Shown here: one piece after another, positions 9,771 to 19,676 of the stretch
How the letters are laid out: the number at the start of each line of letters is the position of its first letter
Numbering within the stretch: position 1 is the first letter of the stretch
From: an uncultured Bacteroidota bacterium
Lineage (GTDB): Bacteria > Bacteroidota > Bacteroidia > AKYH767-A > JABDAW01
Assembly (NCBI GenBank): GCA_903844645.1
Contig: CAIMUP010000098.1
Coordinates: 7,571 to 71,570 of the forward strand
DNA length: 64,000 nt
Direction: 5' to 3'
Program-made: the position numbers and the translations under genes
Notes under the pieces: generated by a model
Databases searched by the model: none
What the model was told of the DNA's origin: nothing
Seen by the model: the letters and a program-made list of their open reading frames with translations, nothing else

Positions 9771-11081
9771 TTAATACCGTAACCATTTGGCTATTTCGCT
9801 GTAGCTTACTTTCTTGCCGTACATCAGGATGCCGGTTCGGTATATCTTGGCGGCGAGGGCGGTTGCTCCAAGGAATCCTCCTATTAATAATGCCATAGAT
9901 AATGCTATTTGCCATGCGGGTACTCCTCCGAAAGGAATCCGAATCATCATGCAGACCGGCGAGGTAAAAGGAATCATCGAAAACCATACTGCTACGGGTC
10001 CATTAGGGTTCATCACAATGGCAGAAGATACGACCATCGAAAGGATTAACGGAATCGTAACCGGAAGCATGAATTGTTGTTTGTCGGCTTCGCTATCTAT
10101 CGCTGACCCGATGGCGGCAAAGAGTGCGGCATAGAGTAAATATCCTCCAAGAAAATAGAACGCGAAACAAAAGATAATGAGCTTGATGGGGAGGCTTTCG
10201 ATGGCGGCAGAAATATCGTCTGATGAATCCATTACTTGTTGCTGAATGTCTGCTCCGCCTTGGTTTTGTGCGCCTGTTGTTTGTTGGGTCATTACTTTAT
10301 CCGACCGATATTTCTCCACCTTTGCTTTACCGGTAATCGTTCCTGCAACGAAGTATATTCCGAAGGTAAGTACGACCCACAAAAGGAATTGTAACAGCCC
10401 TACTAATGATATGCCGAGTATCTTTCCCATCATTAGCTGGAATGGTTTTACGGAGGAGATGATGACCTCTACGATGCGGTTTGTTTTTTCTTCTATCACG
10501 CCGTTCATTACCTGTGCTCCGTAGAGAAATACGAAGAAATAAATTAGTATTCCGGCAAAATACCCGACCAATGTTGTGATGCCGGTATCCGTCTTTTCGC
10601 CACCGATGTTTTGAGTGTGAATATCTAATTTCCCTTTGATATCAGCCAACATTTTCGGGTCGCAACCTGCAAATTCTTCCAGCTTATTGGTGATCGTATT
10701 TTGTATTGTGGTCATCACTTTGATGCTCGGTTGCGTTTGTCCGTGTAGCAACGTAAGCACTGGCAGATTCGTCCCTGTATGTTCTTTGATTAAAAGAATC
10801 CCATTGAAGTCTTCGTCCTTGAATTTCTTCTTTGCTTCTGCGATAGACCTGCTCGTTACCGTGAATTGCAACATCGAATCGTTGGGAAATTTCTTTCCGT
10901 AAACTCCTGTTTCATCTATTACTTCTATCTTCACTACTTTCTCTTGCGTGTTCGATAAAAGTATCGGAACGACAAAGATAGAACCCATCAAGAGAGGTCC
11001 TAAGATGGTCATGATGATGAACGATTTCTTCTTCACCCTCGTCATGAATTCGCGTTGTATTATCAGTCCTATTTTTCCCAT
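9771..11081 (-). CDS. ABC-2 family transporter permease (NatB-like)
   Basis: 436 aa: an N-terminal TM helix, a large loop, then a cluster of 5-6 TM helices. Lies 3 nt downstream of the ATPase gene. Confidence 0.85.
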   Translation of the reverse strand: MGKIGLIIQREFMTRVKKKSFIIMTILGPLLMGSIFVVPILLSNTQEKVVKIEVIDETGVYGKKFPNDSMLQFTVTSRSIAEAKKKFKDEDFNGILLIKEHTGTNLPVLTLLHGQTQPSIKVMTTIQNTITNKLEEFAGCDPKMLADIKGKLDIHTQNIGGEKTDTGITTLVGYFAGILIYFFVFLYGAQVMNGVIEEKTNRIVEVIISSVKPFQLMMGKILGISLVGLLQFLLWVVLTFGIYFVAGTITGKAKVEKYRSDKVMTQQTTGAQNQGGADIQQQVMDSSDDISAAIESLPIKLIIFCFAFYFLGGYLLYAALFAAIGSAIDSEADKQQFMLPVTIPLILSMVVSSAIVMNPNGPVAVWFSMIPFTSPVCMMIRIPFGGVPAWQIALSMALLIGGFLGATALAAKIYRTGILMYGKKVSYSEIAKWLRY

Positions 11082-11084
11082 GGC

Positions 11085-12005
11085 TTATTGATTTGTTTCG
11101 TTTACTTTCATAATAAAAATATCTTCCATTCCCGGCACTACTTCTACAAAGGAATGCAGCTTGACATGTGGTATCAATGCACTTAATAAATCGTTCGCAG
11201 TATTGCCATTCAACAGCTTCACACGGGCTTTCATTATGCCATCTTCTTCCTTTGTATTATGCAATTCAAAGCCTGTCCACAACGCATTTGCAAAACCAAT
11301 ATTCGTTCCCTCATAAGCTACCTCATAGATATTACTTTTATACATCTTCCGAATATCTTTCACCGATCCATCCAATATCTTTTTCGATTTATTGATCAAG
11401 GCAATGTGCGTACATAAGGTCTCCACCGATTCCATCCGATGGGTCGAGAGAATAATCGTGGCTCCCTTCGCTTTTAATTCCAACATCTCGTCCCGAACCA
11501 ACAAAGCATTGATCGGATCGAAGCCAGAGAATGGTTCATCCATGATCAGCAACTTCGGTTCGTGTATTACGGTAACGATGAATTGTATTTTCTGCTGCAT
11601 CCCTTTACTCAATTCCTCCACTTTCTTTTTCCACCACGATTGCAATTCAAACTTCTCGAACCAATACTTCAATTTAATATTGGCATCCCTTCTGCTCAAT
11701 CCCTTTAACTGCGCCAGGTACAACGCTTGTTCACCTACCTCCATCTTCTTATATAATCCACGTTCTTCAGGCATATACCCAATCAATTCGGTATGCTTCG
11801 GTTCCAATGGTTTTCCATTAAAAAGTACCCGTCCTTTATCTGGTGCTGTTATTTGATTAATGATCCGTATCAGAGAAGTTTTACCCGCTCCATTCGGACC
11901 TAACAGCCCGAACACGCTTTGCTCTGGAATGACGATACTGACATCATCCAATGCCGTGTGGGCAGCATAATTCTTCGTAATGTTTTCTATGTTTAAAATA
12001 TCCAT
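11085..12005 (-). CDS. ABC transporter ATP-binding protein
   Basis: Walker A GPNGAGKTS, signature LSKGMQQK, Walker B LLIMDEP. Confidence 0.92.
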   Translation of the reverse strand: MDILNIENITKNYAAHTALDDVSIVIPEQSVFGLLGPNGAGKTSLIRIINQITAPDKGRVLFNGKPLEPKHTELIGYMPEERGLYKKMEVGEQALYLAQLKGLSRRDANIKLKYWFEKFELQSWWKKKVEELSKGMQQKIQFIVTVIHEPKLLIMDEPFSGFDPINALLVRDEMLELKAKGATIILSTHRMESVETLCTHIALINKSKKILDGSVKDIRKMYKSNIYEVAYEGTNIGFANALWTGFELHNTKEEDGIMKARVKLLNGNTANDLLSALIPHVKLHSFVEVVPGMEDIFIMKVNETNQ

Positions 12006-12125
12006 GTAATTAAAACTAATGATAACGGCGGCAAAGAAACTAAAATTTATGATTTCAAATTCACCTTAAACAGCCGATTGCCCCTTCAAATTCTCTCTTT
12101 TACAGGTAAATTCCGCCTCCGCCAG

Positions 12126-12337
12126 CTCCAGTTTTTAATTAATTGGCTTGGGTGGGAGTCCAACCGGCTTGGATTTGAGTTTCACTGGAGTCGGTTAGCC
12201 GCTGACTGGAGTCGGTTGGAGCTTAACTGGAGTCGGTTAGAGCATAACTGGAGTCGGTTAGAGCTTAACTGGAGTCAGTTAACGATTAATTGGCTCCGGT
12301 TGGACTCCCACCCAAGCCAATTAATCGAAAACTGGAG
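12126..12337. repeat. 21-bp tandem array C enclosed by a 42-bp inverted repeat
   Basis: ctggagtcggtt cores at 12185, 12206, 12227, 12248 and 12269. Arms 12126-12167 and 12296-12337 are reverse complements at 40 of 42 positions. Confidence 0.95.
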
Positions 12338-12419
12338 CCGTTTTGAATAAGATTTCGACGCCATTCCCAATCATCCAATTATTAACTTCGGCTTAACTAC
12401 AACTTATGCCGCCAATATC

Positions 12420-12427
12420 TAATTTTG
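12420..12427 (+). promoter_or_regulatory. -7 box TAATTTTG (M13 peptidase)
   Basis: Matches TAnnTTTG, 27 nt upstream of ATG 12454. Confidence 0.5.
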
Positions 12428-12453
12428 CATCCTCTACTAATTAATAATGTATC

Positions 12454-14505
12454 ATGAAAAATAACAAACAAATCCTCGCTCTTTTGCTTCTGATGAATGT
12501 ATCTATTCTATTTGCAAAAGGTTTCTCAAATCCTGCCGCCGGAAACGACAACAAAGGCATTGATCGTACGAATCTGGACACTACTATCAGCCCTTCCAAA
12601 GACTTTTTTATGTATGCCAATGGCGGATGGATAAAGAAAAATCCGATACCTCCTTCCGAAAGTTCATGGAGCTTATATTCCTTTGTTCAGGATGTAAACT
12701 TTAAGTCGCTTTGGGAGGTTATGAAAGATGCCGCCAATGAAAATGCTGCCGCCACCGATGCTAAGAGCAAGAAAGTTGGCGACTTTTATTTCTCCGCAAT
12801 GGATACCGCGACTATAGAAAAGCAAGGTACCAAACCCTTGCAACCCGAGTTGGATAGAATCAATAATATTAAAGATATTAAGAGCCTCGTCGAGGTCATT
12901 ACTTTGTATCAAAGTTATGGTATATCGCCTGCCTTTGGCTTCTTTGGCGATCAAGATCAGAAAGATAGCAAGGCAGTCGTTCCTTACCTTTATCAAGGCG
13001 GCATCGGCTTGCCTGACCGCGATAATTATTTTAATAAAGGTAAGCAACCCGAAGAGATTCGCAAAGAATATGTAAAGCATATCGCCGCCATGTTGAAGCT
13101 CTCAGGCGAAGATACTAAAGCGGCTGCCAAACATGCTAAAATAATTATGGAAATGGAAACCAATATGGCGAAGTCTTCTATGACAATGGTGCAGCAAAGA
13201 GATCCGTATAATATTTATCATAAAATGAGTATCGCAGAGGTTACTGCCCTCGCTCCAAACATAGATTGGAAGGGATTTTTGACTTCATTGAATGTGAAAG
13301 ACGCTACTTATTTTATCGTCGGACAACCCGATTTTTTAAAAGAGATAAATAAACAAATCACAAAAGTTAGTTTGGATGATTGGAAGACCTATCTTCGCTG
13401 GCATTTGGTACGAGCCTTTGCCGGAACATTGTCTAATGATTTCGTGAAAGAACATTTTCATTTCTATGGTACTATTCTTAATGGTACTCCCGAAATAATG
13501 CCGCGATGGAAGCGTGTTGTTCGCGAAGCCGATGGCGATCTTGGGGAATTATTAGGGGAGGTTTATGTCAGTAAACACTTCTCCCCCGATGCTAAACAAA
13601 GAACTTTGGATATGGTTAATAATCTTATCGCCGTATATCGCGAACGAATAAATAAATTGGAATGGATGAAAGCCGAAACCAAAGTCAAGGCGAATCAAAA
13701 GCTTGATATGTTCATGAAAAAGATTGGTTATCCCGATACTTGGAGAGATTATTCTTCCTTAAAGATAGATAGAAATTCTTATTTTAATAATGTGTTGCAA
13801 TCAAACCTGTTTGCCTTTAATTATATGGCTAATAAAATCGGCAAACCGGTAGTAAGAACCGACTGGGGAATGACTCCGCAAACCGTAAACGCATACTATA
13901 ATCCTACGATGAATGAAATAGTTTTCCCTGCTGGTATCTTGCAGTCGCCTTTGTTTGATCCCGCCTTCGATGATGCCGTTAATTACGGCAATACCGGTGC
14001 TACTATCGGTCATGAAATGACACATGGCTTCGATGATCAAGGATGCCAGTACGATGCTGATGGTAATCTTAAAAATTGGTGGACTAAGGATGATTCCAAC
14101 AACTTTGTAAAGCGTTCTAAGTTGTTGATTGATCAGTTCAACAATAGTGTAATATTAGATACCATTCATGTAAACGGCGAACTTACATTAGGTGAGAACA
14201 TTGCCGACTTAGGCGGGTTGTTAATTGCATATCAAGCATTCAAAAATACGGAAGAAGGGAAGACAAATCCTACCATAGAAGGCTTTACTGCCGAACAACG
14301 TTTCTTTATTGCCTATGCCCAATCGTGGTCTGGATCAAAACGTAAGGAAGCCTTGATAGAACAAATCATCACGAACCCACATGCTCCCGATAATCTGCGT
14401 GGAAACAATCCGTTGTCTAACATTCCTGAATTTTATAAAGCCTTTAATGTCAAACCTGGTGATAAAATGTGGAGAGCAGAAAAGGACCGCGTAACTATTT
14501 GGTAA
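12454..14505 (+). CDS. M13 family zinc metallopeptidase (PepO/neprilysin-like), secreted
   Basis: Signal peptide, HEMTH zinc motif (IGHEMTHGFD) and ENIADLGG motif. Confidence 0.93.
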   Translation: MKNNKQILALLLLMNVSILFAKGFSNPAAGNDNKGIDRTNLDTTISPSKDFFMYANGGWIKKNPIPPSESSWSLYSFVQDVNFKSLWEVMKDAANENAAATDAKSKKVGDFYFSAMDTATIEKQGTKPLQPELDRINNIKDIKSLVEVITLYQSYGISPAFGFFGDQDQKDSKAVVPYLYQGGIGLPDRDNYFNKGKQPEEIRKEYVKHIAAMLKLSGEDTKAAAKHAKIIMEMETNMAKSSMTMVQQRDPYNIYHKMSIAEVTALAPNIDWKGFLTSLNVKDATYFIVGQPDFLKEINKQITKVSLDDWKTYLRWHLVRAFAGTLSNDFVKEHFHFYGTILNGTPEIMPRWKRVVREADGDLGELLGEVYVSKHFSPDAKQRTLDMVNNLIAVYRERINKLEWMKAETKVKANQKLDMFMKKIGYPDTWRDYSSLKIDRNSYFNNVLQSNLFAFNYMANKIGKPVVRTDWGMTPQTVNAYYNPTMNEIVFPAGILQSPLFDPAFDDAVNYGNTGATIGHEMTHGFDDQGCQYDADGNLKNWWTKDDSNNFVKRSKLLIDQFNNSVILDTIHVNGELTLGENIADLGGLLIAYQAFKNTEEGKTNPTIEGFTAEQRFFIAYAQSWSGSKRKEALIEQIITNPHAPDNLRGNNPLSNIPEFYKAFNVKPGDKMWRAEKDRVTIW

Positions 14506-14588
14506 CGCCACAAAAAACTGTCTCGTATCCTTTCGCAAAATAATAGTTATTTTGCAGCTATTATTATTTCCTAAATTTAAAACCTATA

Positions 14589-15389
14589 ATGGCTTATAAC
14601 CAATACCGTCCCTCCGGCTTCAAGATGTTGCCCGATGTTGTAAAGAATCTTTTAATCATAAACGTACTCATGTTTATCGGCGGGTGGGTCATCAAAAGCC
14701 GCTTTGAATATGACATTACCAAAAACTTAGGACTGTATTATATCCACTCCGATTTGTTTCGTCCTTTTCAGTTTATTACGCATCTTTTCATGCACGATTT
14801 AACCAATCCTGCCCATGTTATGCTCAATATGTTTGCTCTCTGGATGTTCGGAAATATGCTCGAAAATATTTGGGGTGCCAAGCGATTCCTTATCTTTTAT
14901 ATCGTATGTGGATTGGGGGCTGCGCTGTGTCATTCCGTCGTTACTTATTTTCAGATTCATGGTATGGAAGATGCTGTCAATAGGTACATCAATGCCCCTG
15001 ATGTTATTGGATATGAAGCCTTGCTCAAGACTTATTTTTCGGGATATAATATCCCCGCAGTACACAATGTTCAGGAGTCGGTTTCGATATTAAATCAATT
15101 AGTAGAGGCTAAGAAAAATATCCCTACGGTAGGTGCTTCGGGAGCCGTATTCGGTGTGCTGCTTGCCTTCGGAATGACATTCCCGAACACAATGATTATT
15201 CCATTGTTCCCTCCTATTCCGATGAAGGCAAAATACTTCGTGATGATTTATGGAGCTATCGAATTATATTCCGGCATCTCCAATAATCCCTCCGATAATG
15301 TCGCACATTTCGCGCATCTCGGCGGCATGTTGTTTGGTTTTATTTTAATTAAAATATGGAATAAAACAAATCGTAACGACTTTTATTAG
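14589..15389 (+). CDS. rhomboid family intramembrane serine protease
   Basis: GASGAVFG catalytic serine motif and HLGGMLFG histidine motif within TM helices. Confidence 0.9.
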   Translation: MAYNQYRPSGFKMLPDVVKNLLIINVLMFIGGWVIKSRFEYDITKNLGLYYIHSDLFRPFQFITHLFMHDLTNPAHVMLNMFALWMFGNMLENIWGAKRFLIFYIVCGLGAALCHSVVTYFQIHGMEDAVNRYINAPDVIGYEALLKTYFSGYNIPAVHNVQESVSILNQLVEAKKNIPTVGASGAVFGVLLAFGMTFPNTMIIPLFPPIPMKAKYFVMIYGAIELYSGISNNPSDNVAHFAHLGGMLFGFILIKIWNKTNRNDFY

Positions 15390-15436
15390 TTACGAATTCG
15401 CCCATGCAGATAGGGCAGGGGTGGGGGGAAAAACAA

Positions 15437-15470
15437 AAAGGTCTTCCCAATTACGGAAAGACCTCTTTAT
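15437..15470. terminator. bidirectional hairpin terminator (rhomboid / rpsT)
   Basis: aaaggtcttcc-caattac-ggaaagacct with flanking A/T runs, between convergent genes. Confidence 0.6.
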
Positions 15471-15487
15471 AAAATTTGAAACCAGGA

Positions 15488-15739
15488 TTACAGACTATTA
15501 ACGTGTTTCGTCAATGACGATTTCAGATTCCCAGCCTTGTTCTTGTGGATAACATTTTTCTTCGCTAATTTATCCAACATGCCCGATACTTTCGGAAGCA
15601 ATTCCGCAGCCTTCGCCTTGTCTTTGGTAGTCCTCAAAACCTTTACCGCATTACGCGTGGTTTTGTCTTGATACTTGTTCAACACATGTTTTGCTTCGTT
15701 CGACCTGATCCTTTTTATGGACGATTTATGATTTGCCAT
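15488..15739 (-). CDS. rpsT: 30S ribosomal protein S20
   Basis: 83 aa, [13 protein letters not shown]-terminus, highly basic. Confidence 0.95.
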   Translation of the reverse strand: MANHKSSIKRIRSNEAKHVLNKYQDKTTRNAVKVLRTTKDKAKAAELLPKVSGMLDKLAKKNVIHKNKAGNLKSSLTKHVNSL

Positions 15740-15777
15740 TCTCTTTTATTTAATTGTATTATTATTATTTGAGGGCG

Positions 15778-15785
15778 CAAAAGTA
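15778..15785 (-). promoter_or_regulatory. -7 box TACTTTTG (rpsT)
   Basis: The top strand reads caaaagta. Lies 39 nt upstream of the rpsT ATG at 15739. Confidence 0.5.
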
Positions 15786-15928
15786 CATTATTTTATTGTA
15801 ATTCCAAAACATCCGGCAATATTTAGCAGAATTACCACGCCCTTTTCGCCTCCATCACCCCTTAACTCAACAATTCTCCAATCCTTTTTTCATTAATTAT
15901 GACCTCCCAAAAATGCAATTAACAATAG

Positions 15929-16192
15929 AAAAAACTGTACAGAGCCAATGTCGAGGTCAGCATTTGCCAAAAAAAATTGATTTGGTGGTATGCCGCGAAT
16001 GACATTGGCTCTATACAGTTGTATACCACCAATGTCGAAGGCAGCATCGCCTCTATACAGTTGTATGGAGCCAATGTCGAAGGCAGCATTGGCTCTATAC
16101 AACTGTATAGAGCCAATGTCATTCGCGGCATACCACCAAATCAATTTTTTTTGGCAAATGCTGACCTCGACATTGGCTCTGTACAGTTTTTT
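15929..16192. repeat. large palindrome D: perfect 97-bp inverted arms around a 70-bp spacer made of 42-bp repeats
   Basis: 15929-16025 is the exact reverse complement of 16096-16192 (checked block by block). The track shows the same peptide MIWWYAANDIGSIQLY on both strands. Confidence 0.97.
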
Positions 16193-16286
16193 TAGTTCGT
16201 GGCAGGATTATTTGGGCATTAATTTCAGTGTATTTTGGAGTATGCAAACTTTTATTTCCTCCCCATTTTCCTAAATTCGCCCCATT

Positions 16287-16802
16287 ATGAAAAAGATAGT
16301 CGCCATATTCGTAGCCCTCCTCCTCCTGTTTAATACCATCGGGATGCTGGTATTTTATTGGGGAGAAATGGAAAATTGCGAAGCCATCGCGTGGAATAAA
16401 ATTGCTCACAACGATTTTAATGACGATGCCCTGATTCATTTTTCATCTAATGATAAAAACTTTTCTTTGATAGAAGACCATGAAATTTTGAGCAATGGAA
16501 TTTTGTATGACATCGTAAAAACCGAATCGAAGAATGGCGTAACGATTTATTCCTGCTTTGATGATAAAAAAGAGAGCGGTTTTTGGAATGGAATATCACA
16601 ATTAGGGAAAAACAGTTCCGAGCAATCCTCCACACCCGTTAAGAATAATGCACCAGAGGTTTTGAAATATATCGGTAACGAAAAAACATTCGATTACTCC
16701 TTTATATATAAGGACGATTTGTCGCAGTATGGTTTAATGGATTTTGGGTTCTATTATCAAAGTCCATACAACGAAATTTCTGCGCCTCCCCCAAAAGTTT
16801 AA
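16287..16802 (+). CDS. hypothetical membrane-anchored protein
   Basis: 171 aa with a single N-terminal TM helix, directly upstream of a TonB-dependent receptor gene. Confidence 0.55.
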   Translation: MKKIVAIFVALLLLFNTIGMLVFYWGEMENCEAIAWNKIAHNDFNDDALIHFSSNDKNFSLIEDHEILSNGILYDIVKTESKNGVTIYSCFDDKKESGFWNGISQLGKNSSEQSSTPVKNNAPEVLKYIGNEKTFDYSFIYKDDLSQYGLMDFGFYYQSPYNEISAPPPKV

Positions 16803-16833
16803 TCGGTTTAATTTTTTAAATTCTTCTCAATAT

Positions 16834-16914
16834 CCTGACAGGTTTTTCTCCTGTCAGGTATAAATTATTTTCCAATAAAAATTATCAAACCTGACGGGAG
16901 AAAAACCCGTCAGG
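16834..16914. repeat. REP-like hairpin pair in inverted orientation
   Basis: cctgacaggtttttctcctgtcagg (16834-16858) and cctgacgggagaaaaacccgtcagg (16890-16914), separated by 31 AT-rich bp. Confidence 0.85.
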
Positions 16915-16938
16915 ATAACAAATTTAAACTTAAATAAA

Positions 16939-19275
16939 ATGAATAAAATAAAAATATACATAATCGCAATTCTCTTCACGAGCTTCTTCTCCTCTAACCT
17001 TTTCGCTCAGAATAATCTGACCGGAAAAATTACAGATAGTGAAACAAAAGCCACGCTGCCAGGCGTAAGCGTCTTCATCCCCGAACTTCAAAAAGCTACC
17101 ATTACCGATGCCGATGGCAAATATTCAATGAATGATTTAGGCACTGGCGTTTTAAGAATCCAATTCTCAATGATTGGTTATAAAACCATTGTCCAAACGC
17201 TGGATATGAGTTCGCAGAAGGGCGATTTAGACATCGCATTAGAACCCTCCGCAACCGAATTAGAGGAGGTAATCGTTACATCTAATTCTTCAAAACTTCC
17301 GGATAATATTCCCTATCCCGTGAATGTTGTTTCTAAAAATGATTTGAATCAAACAGGTTCTCCATCCTTGATGGATGCACTTGCTCGCCAGCCCGGAATT
17401 GATAAAATATCTTTGGGAACAGGTATCAATAAGCCCGTTATTCGTGGCTTATCGTTCAATCGCATCTTGCTTTATTCCCAAGGAACTCGCGTCGAAAATC
17501 AGCAGTGGGATGACCATCACGATTTAGGAATTTCTGATGTAGGCATAGATCGGGTAGAGATTGTTTACGGTCCATCAGCCCTTATTTATGGAGCCGATGC
17601 TCTTGGCGGAGCTTTAATTTTTCAAGATGAAAAACCAGCAGCTGCCGGTACTCGTTCTGGTGATGCCAATCTTGGTTTCTATTCCAATACCTTGGGTTTA
17701 AATGGCGATGTTGGAATAAAAGGAGCTACGAAATCTTTCTTTTATTCGGCTCGTTTTGGGGCACAGTCCCATGTATCTTATCATCAGGGAGAACTTGAAA
17801 ATCCGCCTCCAGGCACCGATCCCGATGGCTTCGCACCCAACGCCAAATGGGCTTCTACTACTGGTAAAGCGACGGTCGGAATAAGTCAGCCTTGGGGTGT
17901 TTCCAAACTTTCATACAGCTATTTTAATCGTCTTTCCGGTGTTGTTGAAGATGAAAGCGGACAGAAACCGAATCCAAATGATGAAGCCGAACAAACCGAC
18001 CGTGATATTGAGCCTCCCTATCAAGATGTAACCACCCATATTGTCTCTTTGGAGAACACAATTCTTACAGGTAAATCAAAGCTGAACATCAATGTTGCCT
18101 ATCAAATAAATGACAGAAAAGAATTCGAGCCGAGTATTGATCCTAATGATTCCACAAAGAAATTGGCTAATCTCGCGATTGGTTTATTATTGAATAATAC
18201 TACTTATGACATTAAGTGGAGTTCCAATGCTGATAAGGCTTTTGGTATCACGATCGGTTCGCAAGGCTTGTTCCAAAAGAACACAAATAACGGTCCTGAA
18301 ATTCTTGTTCCCGATGCAAATGTCAGTGATGTATCTGGCTTTGCATTGCTTCGTTATGATTTAAAGAAATGGAATTTCTTAGGTGGTTTCCGGTATGATA
18401 TGCGCCACATAGAAGCCACCGCTCCAATAGATGAAGATACCATCAATGGAAGAAGAACGGCACTTGATATTAAGAAAGATTATACCCCAATGACGGGTTC
18501 TATCGGTATTGCATTTCATCCAAATACTCACACAACGATCAAGGCAAATTTCGCCACCGGTTTCTCTGCTCCGAACTATGCAGAACTTGGAACTTATGGT
18601 AAGCATGAAGGTACTTATCGCTTTGAAATTGGCAACCCAAATTTGAATGTTGAGCAAAATATGGAAGCTGATTTGGGTATCATTTGGGAGAGTGAATTCA
18701 TCACGCTTCATGCGAATGGTTTCTACAATAAAATCAAGGATTATATCTACACCACTCCTACCACAGATTCGATAACTACTGATGATTTTACTTTGAGGGA
18801 ATATGCAATAACCCAGGCAGATGCAACCATCACCGGTGGCGATGCAGGATTTGATATTCATCCTAAATCAGCAAAGTGGATTGATATAAAAGGTTACTAT
18901 GCAATGACTCGTGGAACGCTTGATGCAGGTGGGAACCTACCGTTCATTCCGGCTGATAAAGTTGTGGGTGAAGTGAAGTTTATGAAAGAGAAATTTTCGT
19001 TCATGATGCAACCATATATTTCATTTGTGGTCAGTAATTATTTCGATCAGAAGATGAATTCTGAATTTGAACTCCCTACAGAAGGTTACACTTTGATAGA
19101 TGTTCACATAGGTGGTAAATTCAAGATTGGTAAGCAAAAAGCCGACTTCAATATCTTCTGTACCAATGTTGCGAATACAGCATATTACAGTCATCTTTCC
19201 TTAATAAGACAAATCGGAGTAAGGGAGATGGGAAGGAACATTGGCTTCCAGTTGAGGGTTCCTTTTGGGCTTTAA
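16939..19275 (+). CDS. TonB-dependent outer membrane receptor
   Basis: Signal peptide, carboxypeptidase-regulatory-like N-domain (GKITDSETKATLPGVSVFI), plug region, and a beta-barrel ending in an aromatic/L residue. Confidence 0.9.
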   Translation: MNKIKIYIIAILFTSFFSSNLFAQNNLTGKITDSETKATLPGVSVFIPELQKATITDADGKYSMNDLGTGVLRIQFSMIGYKTIVQTLDMSSQKGDLDIALEPSATELEEVIVTSNSSKLPDNIPYPVNVVSKNDLNQTGSPSLMDALARQPGIDKISLGTGINKPVIRGLSFNRILLYSQGTRVENQQWDDHHDLGISDVGIDRVEIVYGPSALIYGADALGGALIFQDEKPAAAGTRSGDANLGFYSNTLGLNGDVGIKGATKSFFYSARFGAQSHVSYHQGELENPPPGTDPDGFAPNAKWASTTGKATVGISQPWGVSKLSYSYFNRLSGVVEDESGQKPNPNDEAEQTDRDIEPPYQDVTTHIVSLENTILTGKSKLNINVAYQINDRKEFEPSIDPNDSTKKLANLAIGLLLNNTTYDIKWSSNADKAFGITIGSQGLFQKNTNNGPEILVPDANVSDVSGFALLRYDLKKWNFLGGFRYDMRHIEATAPIDEDTINGRRTALDIKKDYTPMTGSIGIAFHPNTHTTIKANFATGFSAPNYAELGTYGKHEGTYRFEIGNPNLNVEQNMEADLGIIWESEFITLHANGFYNKIKDYIYTTPTTDSITTDDFTLREYAITQADATITGGDAGFDIHPKSAKWIDIKGYYAMTRGTLDAGGNLPFIPADKVVGEVKFMKEKFSFMMQPYISFVVSNYFDQKMNSEFELPTEGYTLIDVHIGGKFKIGKQKADFNIFCTNVANTAYYSHLSLIRQIGVREMGRNIGFQLRVPFGL

Positions 19276-19342
19276 TTTAATGGGTTGAGAGTAGAAAAGG
19301 TAAATATTTTGTATGAAAAGTTTTTATGTTCTGAAATATTAG

Positions 19343-19350
19343 TATCTTTG
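19343..19350 (+). promoter_or_regulatory. -7 box TATCTTTG (cold-shock gene)
   Basis: Matches TAnnTTTG, 30 nt upstream of ATG 19380. Confidence 0.5.
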
Positions 19351-19379
19351 CGCCTTATTATTAATTAAATATTTTAAAA

Positions 19380-19574
19380 ATGAAAACAGGAGTAGTAAAG
19401 TTTTACAATTCTCAAAAAGGGTTCGGATTTATCAAAATTGACGGAACTGAAGAAGATGTGTTTGTACACATCACAGGGCTGGTCGACAAGATAAACGAGA
19501 ACGATCGTGTTACCTTCTCGGTAGAGCAAGGCAAAAAAGGTTTAAATGCTATCAATGTCAAATTGCAAAGATAA
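19380..19574 (+). CDS. cold-shock domain protein
   Basis: 64 aa with the KGFGFI RNP-1 motif and VFVH RNP-2 motif. Confidence 0.93.
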   Translation: MKTGVVKFYNSQKGFGFIKIDGTEEDVFVHITGLVDKINENDRVTFSVEQGKKGLNAINVKLQR

Positions 19575-19595
19575 ATTTGAGCAACCTTAGTGGAG

Positions 19596-19628
19596 AAAGC
19601 CTCATGAGAAATCATGAGGCTTTTTCTT
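19596..19628 (+). terminator. rho-independent terminator (cold-shock gene)
   Basis: gcctcatga-gaaa-tcatgaggc followed by ttttt. Confidence 0.75.
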
Positions 19629-19676
19629 TGTAATCAAATGGAGAATTAACTAAATATTTTTATTATTTTTGCCCTT

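Noticed and set aside
15893-16274. Four overlapping ORFs giving identical peptides on both strands
   Set aside because: They are a direct consequence of the perfect 97-bp palindrome, not coding sequences.
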